A DNA stretch of 64,000 bases from Eledone cirrhosa (lineage: Eukaryota): contig OZ024747.1 in NCBI GenBank assembly GCA_964016885.1, positions 89,776,001 through 89,840,000 of the forward strand, written 5' to 3'. Positions 53,448 to 64,000 of this stretch are shown one piece after another. The translations under genes were made by a program, and so were the position numbers. Numbering within the stretch: the stretch's first letter is position 1; the number at the start of each line of letters is the position of its first letter. The notes under the pieces were generated by a model. The model searched no databases and was not told the origin of the DNA. It was given only the letters and a program-made list of their open reading frames with translations.

Positions 53448-54780
53448 CTAGTAGTAGTAATAATAGTTTCTGATTTAGGCACAAGGCCAAACATTTTAGG
53501 GGAAGGGAAAGTCAATTAAATCAATCCCAGTGCATTACTGGTACTTTATTTTATCGACCCCGTTAGGATGAAAGGCAAAGTTAACCTCGGTGGCATTTGA
53601 ACTCAGAGCATAGAGGGCTGTAACTCTTTGTTGTAAAGCATGACGTCAGACCCTCTACCGATAGTGCCAAATAATAAGTACTAGGCTGGTATGTTTGACT
53701 AAAATCTTTGAAGGAAGTACCCCTGCATGGTTACTGAAATAAGTAAAAGGAATAAATAGACACACATACATACTTGTTCACACATATATACACGTGTGTG
53801 TGTGTCTAATCTCTAAGGCAAGAATAACATTTTCCATTACAAAATGTAAATATAAGAAATGCTGTATAGTGATCTAGACATCATTTGAATATCTGCACTT
53901 TCAGTTAAAAAAAAAAACGAATATATATATGTAAGAGTTTGTGTGTATGTAAGAAGAAATTATAGATTATAGGAGAAGAGCATAAATTAATATTGTATAC
54001 CCTAATTGCAAGTTAATTCAGAAAAGCTATTACTATTCTGTGTAACGCTAGATAATTTTTTAAAACTATTTAATTTATTTGGACTTTTTATATTCCTTCA
54101 TTGAATCTACATATAATTATTTTCCTTGGTATCTGCATGTAATTATTCTTATTTGTAAGTTTACTTGAGTGTCCAAGTTAGCTACTTAAAGCTGGAGCAA
54201 ATAAAAAAAAGTATATCAGCTAAATTAGATGTATGATGAAGGTTATAAAAATCTAATTTGTTTTTCCTTAAATTATTTTTGTCTTGAATATTATACAATA
54301 TGAAATTGATTGATTAATATAAAAACACAGGTAACTATCTGTTTTTTGTAAACACATTTCATTCTAGGAGAATGAGTTAATCACCAAAATAAAATATTTA
54401 TGTGCTGAAGTAATCATATATTATAGCAAGATTTTTAAGTCTAAATTATTAACATGGAAAAAACAACAGTAAGTTGATAGACTGAAGAAAGACACTGTAG
54501 GAAATTACAGAACCAACATCAAGTTTAGAATTGCTAATTTATGTAACAAGGAAGAAAAGAAATGCTAACAACATTAATATATTAAGGAAGCAAGTGAAGA
54601 TTCATTGAAGTTTTTTAATTATAAGGAATAAGTTAAGAATTAGACATGATTTTACTTTACATTAAGAAAGTATGAAAGTTATAAGTTCTTTTAATTAACC
54701 ACAAAGCCTGTTTTCTTTGAGGAAATAGTGTATGATTGATTTGTGTTGATCTCTCTACTAGATTAATTAAACTAATTCCC

Positions 54781-55470
54781 ATTATTTACTAGTATTGGTG
54801 GATTGGCTGTATCGATAGAGGGTCGGACGCCATGCTTTGCTGCATAGAGTTACGGCCCCTCTATGATCTGAGTTTAAATCCCGCCGAGGTTAACTCTGCC
54901 TTTCATCCTTACAGGGTCGATAAAATAAAGTACCAGTAATACACTGGGGTAATTGCTGGCCTTGTGCCAAAAGTAGAAACAATTATTTACTAGTATTGGT
55001 GGATTGGTAGTATCGGTAGAGGGTTGGATGCCATGCTTTGCAGCATAGAGTTATGGCCCTTTATGATCTGAGTTCAAATCCCGCCGAGGTTAACTTTGCC
55101 TTTCAACCTTATGGGGTCGATAAAATAAAGTACCAGTAACGCACTGGGGTCGATTTAATCGACTTTCCACGCCCTCAAAATTGGTGGCCTTGTGCCTATT
55201 TCCAGCATAGTTACGTCCCTTTACGATCTGAGTTCAAATCCCGCCGAGGTTGACTTTGCCTTTCATCCTTACGGGGTCGATAAAATAAAGTACCAGTAAT
55301 GCACTGGGTAATTGCTGGCCTTGTGCCTAAAGTAGAAACAATTATTTACTAGTATTGGTGTATTGGCAGTATCGGTAAAGTGTCTGACTCCATGCTTTGT
55401 AGCATAAAGTTACAGCCCTTTATGGTCTGAGTTCAAATCCCACCGATGTTAACTTTGTCTTTCATCCATC
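54781..55470 (+). mobile_element. Tandem array of four SINE family A units
   Basis: Units start at about 54781, 54982, 55201 (5'-truncated) and 55341. Three begin with the same attatttactagtattggtg. Confidence 0.88.
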
Positions 55471-55802
55471 GAGTTCACTGAAAACCTTGCATTCATATAA
55501 ATGTATACAGCTTCACTTTGCACACCATTGTCCCCTTCATGCTATTACTTCCCACAGAAAAAAAAAAAATGGATACTTTTTCACCAGACCTCATATATCA
55601 AACTAAGATATCAAATAGAACTAGAAGCAAGGTATTGAGTATATATTAAACCATACCATCAAGTATATTTCATACAAAAAATGTTTTCTCTTTCTCTTTC
55701 ATGTGGATTTTTTAAAATGCTGTCTACATCCTGCACCTTTTTTTCTGGTATATCTCTAGTTATGCATATATCATATATACACACACATCATTCATTATTC
55801 AT

Positions 55803-55874
<72 letters not shown>

Positions 55875-56332
55875 TGAAGTAAAAGTTAAGTGGAAATATC
55901 CAACAGTAAGAGCACCCAGTCTATAGGACGAGTTTAGTATAAATAATTACAACAGTGACATAAACAGGTACTAAAGTTTCGTGTGTATATAGTGTATATA
56001 TATACACACGAACACACACACATGAACAATGATGATGCAACCTGTTCATGGTTGTTCAACTTACAAGAAATAGCAGTAAAATCTCTCTCAAATCAGTCTG
56101 TAATGTCTTCAATAAAAAGGTTATATTGAACAATGCAGTACTAGGTATATAATTATACTAGGTGGTCATAACTGGAATTTCTATTATCATAAGTCAGAGT
56201 TAATCTGGAACTAAACAACTCACTTATAGAACTCTGTACATGAGGACATTTTTCTTTTTTCCTCTTGTAATGTGTGCGTTTATGTGTGTTTGTGTGTGTG
56301 TTTGTGTGAGTGTGTGTGTTTATGTGTGTTTG

Positions 56333-56402
<70 letters not shown>

Positions 56403-57847
56403 TTGTGTGTATGTGTGTGCTTGTGTGTGTTTGTGTGTGTTTATGTGTGTGTGTTTGTACTTGTTTTAACTAACATCCTTGAAAGTGCTAATGATCTCCC
56501 ATGATAGGTGAAACCTTTAAGATATGAATTGAGTGTTTATTGGCTGTATGTTGCTATGTCGTCTTAACATTTCTACTAGGGTACCATTGCTTCTTTGAGA
56601 TCTCTACTGTCTATGAGACGGTAATAAGTAGTTTCAAATCTAATACTGATTTCTAATTTAGGCTCAAGGTAAGCAATTTTGCTGGGAAGGATAAGTCCAT
56701 CACATCAAACCCAGTGAATAACTGGTACTTTATTTTATTAACTATGTAAGGACGAAATGCAATGTTACCTTGGTGGGATTTGAACTCAGAATGTAAAGAG
56801 CCAGAACAACTATCCTGAGACATTTATTGAGCACTTTAACAGTTCTGCCAACTCATCAAATCTAATGATACTCCTTTAACACTATGGCCTGTTGCCCTGG
56901 AATAAAGATGACAATGTCAACAGCCCAAACTGTACGAGAGACATAAAATCTTATAATTTGCCATAATTATTTATCTGATAAGAGTTTAAGTCAGATTTTA
57001 TATTAGTATTAAGATGATTTTAATTATAGAGACTTCTTTTAATCTATAAAGAAACTGGATAACTATAAAAATGGATTAAGAAATCAGTAGTTGGAATATT
57101 AATTTCATGACAATCAGTAGAGCTTCCTACTAAAAGAAAATTTTATTCCCTTAAGCCTTGTATCTAGCCTTTGTAATGTAACTACAAAGAAACATAGAAT
57201 GCATTTATTTTCTTATGAATCTAATTATAAGTCTTATGAAACTATTAATGATCATTAACATTTTTTAATGAGTTTTTTATATGACTGGTAAAACCCCTCA
57301 CGCTGAGAGATGCCATCAGTTTTAATGGTCTTGGGCATGGACAGTTAGTTACCAGTATGGTAGGCTAGTCATAATCTGTGTCAGCATAAATCAGGAGACT
57401 AGCAAAGACAAGTGAACAGGGAGAAAAATCAGAGTATGAAGAGTAAGAAATACCAGGTAGAAAGTAAAAGCTTAGTCTTTGTGTTTGTAACATGGGCCAT
57501 AATGCAAGACATTATCACATGGGTATGTCACTCATACATTAATGTATCCGTTTTCAAGTTTGAAACATTTTAACTGTTGATTTTTGGTCCAGAAAGTGTT
57601 CAAAATATTGGTCTTAATTTTAGAATTAGTTGGAACTAGAGTACTTTTCATTAAAAAGACTTCTTTCACTTATTTAAGTTTGTATTATTGTTAGATTCTT
57701 ATTTTTTGAAGTCATAGAAAAGTTAACAAGTTCATTTAGAAACATAATTAGCATTAACAATTAAGTTTAGCAGCTGCTGAAAAAACTTTGTTCTTTAATA
57801 ATCAGTGGATCATGCTGTGAACTTTAGATATTGTACTCCTTACTACT

Positions 57848-59270
57848 AACTGATGGAATCCCCAAACTGATGGAATCCTGTGTCAGAGAAACACTTTGGA
57901 ACTTCTGGAGCTCTCACAGCCTCATCCAGCCCTCGCAATTTGGATTTATCCCTAACTCCAGCTGCTGTGATCAGCTTATCGAGTTCCTTGAAGACATTAC
58001 TCGGATCACTGACAGCGGCTCATGGGTGGACGTTGTTTACCTTGACTTCGCTAAGGCTTTTAATTCTGTGCCACACAAAAGACTTATGGCGAAACTCTCT
58101 GCAATGGGTGTGAAGGATAATCTTTTTAACTGGTTGAAATCCTTCATTCTCAGCCGAAAAGAGGTAGTCACGGTTCTAGGACAGCATTCTTCACCATATG
58201 AGATGTCATCTGGTGTACCACAGGGATCTGTTCTTGGTCCCCTTTTGTTTGTTGCATACATTAACGACATAGATGCCAACTTAAAGAATGTCACAGTACT
58301 GCAATATGCAGATGACATCAAGCTGTACCTTGAAATCAAAAGGACAGATCCTGAAATCTATAACTCTTTCCTACAATCAGACCTGGACACAATGCAGCAA
58401 TGGATCACAGACTGGCAACTAAAGCTGGCTGTGGACAACTGTACCACCATGCATTTTGGGAGGAAAAATCCAGTGTCCATATACTCCCTCCACAACACTG
58501 ATATCAAGAAGTCCTCTTGTGAACGTGACCTGGGCATTACTGTCAGCAGCGATTTGTGTTGGACAAAGCACGTCTCTAAAATTGTCAAGAAGGCCAAGGG
58601 TGTCTTGGCATCACTCAGCAAGACCTTTGTTAGCCACTCTCCAGCCATCTATTTAAAGCTGTATACAGTTATGGTATGACCACACTTGAAATTTGCATCA
58701 TCAGTCTGGAACCCCTATCTTGCTCAGAACATTGACCTCCTGAAACTGTTCAGAGACGTGCAACCAAGCGCATGCCCTCCATCAGACACCTACCATATTC
58801 TGAACACCTTGCTTTCCTGGGCATTGATTCATTGAAGCTCCGACGTTTGACAATGGACTTGGTAAACACCCACAAAATTATTAACCATCTCGCCAACAAC
58901 AACCCTGAGCACCTTTTTGATCTCCATGTGTCTAACACACGTGGACATGCCTACAAAGTTAGAAAACAGCACAGCTCCCATGACTTTCGGAAACATTTTT
59001 TCACGCTTAGAGTTGCTGAAGCATGGAACAAACTGCCTGCGTCAGTTGTTAGCTGCCGAGACACTGTATCCTTTAAAACCCTCATGCTTCCCGAAATTCG
59101 CCAAAACTACACCTGATGTCCCCCTTCCATACACATGCACACGTGTATATCATGACTCATGCACTGTTCCTTTTCCTGGCGTTTGTACATTGCCCTATGT
59201 ACTCTACATACACTTTTGATGAGTTGTAGTGCACCTGAGCACTGTACACAATATTTTCATTATTTTATTG
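57848..59270 (+). mobile_element. CR1-clade LINE, 5'-truncated and inactivated
   Basis: RT motifs VYLDFAKAF, GVPQGSVLGP, YADDIKL (58305-58316) and ERDLGI; C-terminus TRGH...RKHFFTLRVAEAWNKLP. In-frame TGA at 58677-58679, likely from CGA in VRPHLE, and a frameshift near 58740. Confidence 0.92.
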
Positions 59271-59648
59271 TTATAACAACATCTTGAATAATAATGATTT
59301 CTTTATTAGTCACACAGGGCTCACATTAAGGAAACATTAAAGATGATACAGTGTAGGTTTTTCTTTGTGTAAAATTAAATTTATTAATCATGATAATGAT
59401 TATTGTTTCTGATTTAGGCCAACAATTGGAGTGGGGGGGAGACAATTACATCGATCCTAGTATGTGACTGGTACTTTATTTTATTGACCACGAAAGGATG
59501 AAAGGCAAAGCCAACCTTGATTTGAACTCAGAATATAAAGGAATGTAACTCTCTGTTGCAAAGCATTTTGTCTGACACTCTACCAATACTGCCAATCCAG
59601 TAATAATGATAGTAATAATAATAATAGTAATAATAATAATAATAATAT

Positions 59649-59830
59649 GGTGCACTGGGAACAGTTAGTAGAGAGTTGGATGCATGGCTTGAAAAGCTAG
59701 GAATTACCATCAGAACAGGATAGTTGCAGAAAAAACCCTTGCTGGGAACAGCAAGAATTCTACGAAGGGTATTGGAAAGTTGAAGAAGAAATGACCCAAA
59801 GGACCTTTGACTATTACTTTTTGGACTCAA
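59649..59830 (+). mobile_element. R4/Dong-clade LINE 3' end next to a (TAA)n tract
   Basis: Reads GALGTVSRELDAWLEKLGITIRTG*LQKKPLLGTARILRRVLES* (59649-59783), the typical R4/Dong C-terminus. Preceded by degenerate (TAA)n, the known Dong target. Confidence 0.8.
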
Positions 59831-60481
59831 TAGATAAGAGCCATATGAACTGAACAAAACTCATTTCATATGAGATACAAGGCAACCTAACTAGTGTTGG
59901 CACCATGATAAAAAGTACACTTTGTAAAGGTATTGACAAACAAATAGAAACAGCATAAGGGCTGAAAGGACCCTTTAGTATTGCCAAGGAAATGGCAATA
60001 TCTCTAGTGCTGATTCCACAATAAAATTCACCTAGTACAATCTGTAAAGCATCCAGACATAGAAACCACACTAAAAATGCAATGTACAAATGAAACATGG
60101 TGCCTTGCCTGTTTAGGAAAGCAATAACACTAAACTGTGACACCCCATCTAAAATAAATAATATCAAAATCTCATAGATTCGATATTATGTGAGATAAAG
60201 TGTTTACTATTAAAACACAATAGTATATATATAGAGTAATATAAAGGGTTAAATAGGTATCTACTTTTCTTAGAAACTAGATACCATTTTAGTTATCATT
60301 CTCTCATTTGATTTTACTTATCTTTTATTTGACTATTGGCCCCAGTACTTTGCTTGCTAGTTAATTTACTGATCTTGTGATATATGAATTATTAAATTTC
60401 AAAATCTCAATTAATTCAAAATTCGATAAAGCACATTCAATCAAACAACTCTGCAAGGAGAAATTGAAATGAAAACTTTAA

Positions 60482-60825
60482 CCCTTTCATGACTGAATTT
60501 CTAATGAAGTACACTCTATTTTAATTAATTAATTGTTTCTACTTTTGGCACAAGGCCAGCAATTACCCAGGGCATTACTGGTACTTTATTTTATCGACCC
60601 TGTAAGGATGAAAGGCAAAGTTAACCTCTATTTTAATTAATTAATGAAGAATTGTGAGAGATTTACTAAAATCATGAATTATTTCATTACTAACATAGTA
60701 ACTTAATGTAAGGATTTTATATAAGATTATGTTGGAAGATTTTAATTTAAATTGGAAACCTTTAAAATGGGTCGTTTTATTTCATACAACCAGAACCAGT
60801 TTTGGCTGGGTAGGTAACTAAAGGG
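60482..60825. mobile_element. piggyBac-type MITE (reverse of 38058-38288) containing a truncated SINE
   Basis: TTAA|ccc...ggg|TTAA. SINE piece at 60534-60625 bounded by a 20-bp TSD ctctattttaattaattaat (60514-60533 and 60626-60645). Confidence 0.85.
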
Positions 60826-61776
60826 TTAAGGAATATTGAATTGTATAAAATAAATGAATACTAAATTATTTTCTTTTACTATCATATTTAGTATTACATT
60901 TAATGCGGTCATACTACATACAGGTTATATCCTGTGTACTGTGTATAAAAAGTTTTATCACTTTCATACTTTAAAAGTTGCCATTTTCTTTAAACATTTA
61001 TTTTTTGTGCCAAAAATCTTCTTTATACATTTTATTTACTATTTTCAATTTATTTGCTACTATGTTAAATAGAATTTCTATTTTGAAAATAACTTTTGGA
61101 AAGAATTTACAAAATACATTTCTAAGTGTTAACAATAAAGTTAATACTGTTTGAAATATGTTTCTTAATAGATTCAATTCTAAAGGATAAACTCAAACAA
61201 TGCTTCTTTGAGGGTTTTAGAATAATCAAATTCAGTTAATGCAAATTAATACTGTAATCAGTAAATGCACTTTTAATTATTGATTGGAAATTTAAAATGA
61301 TGAAGATGAAGATGAAGAAAAAGAAAAAGAAGAAAAGTCTTGTCTGCATATTTAATGTTCATTTATTTTCTGTCACTAGAAATCTTTCATTGATTTATTA
61401 TTCTCTTTAATAAAAACACAAACACACAAACACAAACACACACACATACAAACATACACACATACAAACACACATACACAGACACAAACACACATACACA
61501 CACAAAACAAAAGAAAACAACTTTATCATCCACAACATCTAAATAACTTTGTTTGAAAGTGTTTATTGATCATTTGGATTATTTCAAAACTGAAAGTAGA
61601 TTAATTTCTGATTGTAGAATGTCGTCCTTCAGTTCTCAGTCCTTCATTTAAGCTACTATTTATTTAAGAAAACATATTACTGTTATTAAAGATGTAATAC
61701 TTTGGAAGAATATGAAAAATAGAAATTTACTGATAACATTTTAGTTATTATTAAACAAATTAGAGTGGTAAAATAT

Positions 61777-61952
61777 AGAATTGGTAGAGCAACAGGTGAA
61801 ATGAAGAGGTGAAATGTAGAATTGGTGGAATGATAGGTGAAATGAGGAGGTGAAAGGTAGAATTGGTGGAATGATAGATGAAATGAGGAGGTGGAGGTAG
61901 AATTGGTAGAGCAACAGGTGAAATGGGGAGTTGGAAATAGGATTGGTAGAGT
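61777..61952 (+). repeat. About four ~41-bp tandem units leading into a decayed SINE A
   Basis: Unit tagaattggt(a/g)ga.......g(g/a)tgaaatga(a/g)gaggtg; the sequence runs on into gagttcaaa and taaaataagtaccag at 61993-62049. Confidence 0.7.
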
Positions 61953-62297
61953 GAGAGACAAGACATTGCAACAATTAATGTCCATTTGTTGTGAGTTCAA
62001 AGGCCGATTTTAATTTTCATCTCTCAGGTGTCTATAAAATAAGTACCAGTCATGTACTGGAGTTATTTTGTCTCAATTCATCCCTGGACAAAAGTGTTCC
62101 AGTTAATTATCATCCATTGCATTTTATTTTTTAGAACTACGTTTTCTATACAATTAAAGTTTAGCTTCAACATATCTCTATACATATATGTATGTGAATT
62201 TCGTATATCTAAAGATATACGGTATGTTTAATAATTAAACATTTTGAAAGCCAAGCTATGAGTATTGAAAGGCTGATGGTCAGTGCCATCTAGCGGA

Positions 62298-62390
62298 TTC
62301 CAGCAGAAATAGCGAGGGATAACTGCCTATATGTATATCAAGCTGATGGCTCTCATCGGGACAATGCTTCCTTGCTGCCTTCTGCTGGAA
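62298..62390 (-). ncRNA. Degenerate type I hammerhead ribozyme motif with long stem I
   Basis: On minus: attgtc-cCgatga-gagc catca gctt-gaTa-tacata-ta-ggcagt. Stem I extends to an 11-bp perfect duplex ttccagcagaa/ttctgctggaa. Two core substitutions. Confidence 0.55.
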
Positions 62391-64000
62391 CTTGAAAACA
62401 GGCAAGAATATATAATTTTGTATATCTAAGTATATCTAAAGATATACAATATGTATTGAAAGGTTGATGGCCAGCACCGTCTAGCAGATTTCATTATCTA
62501 TATTTCCTTCCAGGTTTATGGTGAAGAGATGTGAGGGAGGTTAGGTTGTTATTTCCAGCAGTACAAGTGACCTCATAGAGGTTGATTTAATTAGCTAAAT
62601 TCTTCTTTTCAAAATCTGGTTTTGTGCCTATCTTAGAAATCTGAATTACATCAGATAATATATCTGCTTTCTAATTTATATGCTGCATGTGTTAGGAAGG
62701 TTCTGCTTTCCTGATTTTATCTAATCTAAACTTGTGATAATTTAATACTTCTTGATCAAGTTCGTGATTTTGAGGTGTTACCTGAATACTTATTGCTTTT
62801 GTTCTAAAGTAGCTTCTTCTGAAATTCACTTTTATTTTTCAGTTGATCACTTGTGTATGATCTAACTTAAATTAATTACAGTTTCATTAATAGTAGAATT
62901 TTATTTATCCTTCTGGAAATTTTTTGTCATTTCTTTTTCATTTAAACCTTTTGTTTGCATTTTTCTAATAAAAGTGTCCAGGATTTCCAAATAATTTTAA
63001 AAATAATGAAGAATTTTGCAGGATTTAGTAATATAACTAACTTTTTCATTGTATATTTGACTTTTGGAACATAGCTTAAGAAGTTCTCACATGATTTTGA
63101 TGGAAGGGTTGTAGATAAATATAATTGTTATAAAACAGTTTTGTATTGAAAAAGCAGGGTGGTTTGTATCTAAGAAATATTTAATGTGTATTTTTGATTG
63201 CTTTTGATTTTATGGGCAAATCCAACTGGCAGAAAACTCAGAGGTAGATTATGAGCAAGATGGCTGGATAACATCTATATTTAATTTGAATATCTCCAAC
63301 AATATTGTTTCTGATTTAGACACAAGGCCAACATTTTTGAGGAAGGGGAAAGTCGATTAAATTGACCCCAGTGCATTACTGGTACTTTATTTTATCGACC
63401 CCGTAAGGATGAAAGACAAAGTTAACCTTGGCAGGATTTGAACTTACAATGTAAAGAGACGTAACTATATGTCACAAAGCATGTCTGATGCTCTACCAAT
63501 ACTGACACTCTACCACCCTAATAATTATAATAATAGTCAAATAAGATGTCTACACTAGCATGAGTTAGACGGGTTGTCCCATTTGAGGCAAGTTGAGTCA
63601 GGTGACTATGTCTTGCATAGAACAGAACATACATAATTTATTTTCAAATTTACAGCTTCATTTATTACATTGTGATCTTGTTGATTTTTATAGATTCAAT
63701 TCTATCAATTCTTGAACAATGGATCTCCATCTCTTCTCACTATCATCATTTTCACCATTTAACATCCATTTTTCCATGCTTGCATGGGTCAGACCTTCAA
63801 ATAATTGGTCTAATTCTAATCCCTTTATTTTGGGTTTGGTGCGATATTAATGGATTTTTTAAAATATTCTAACAAGCTATGATGTATAGAACTTTTAAGC
63901 ATGCACTGTTATCAAACCATATTGTAGATGAAAAAAAAAAGAACAAACAAAAATGAAGAATAAATACATTAATAAATTTGCCTAGCTAAGGAAATGACAA

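Overview
Very AT-rich, microsatellite-dense eukaryotic DNA. The repeat content suggests a cephalopod, probably an octopus (inference only). One host gene is supported: five + strand GT-AG exons (708-887, 7788-7886, 8721-8831, 11209-11402, 39829-39974) that splice in frame into a PDZ domain followed by a PH domain. A 28.4-kb intron splits the PH domain, and neither the start nor the end of the gene could be placed. The rest is intronic repeat: (1) a nest of at least nine RTE-clade LINE pieces in (TA)n tracts at 15.6-23.9 kb, including a young 5'-truncated RT copy with an in-frame PHD finger and an inverted partner; (2) CR1, L1/Tx1, R4/Dong, CRE-like and Gypsy remnants; (3) two tRNA-derived SINE families; (4) TTAA-flanked piggyBac-type MITEs and two hAT MITEs, one holding a Helitron; (5) a 48-bp minisatellite grown from a LINE 3' UTR. 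The least expected signals are RNA structures: two degenerate type I hammerhead folds sharing a palindromic stem III (15407-15473 +, 62298-62390 -) and an HDV-like pseudoknot at the 5' end of a bipartite RTE element. Family names come from motif recognition by eye; no searches or folding programs were run.
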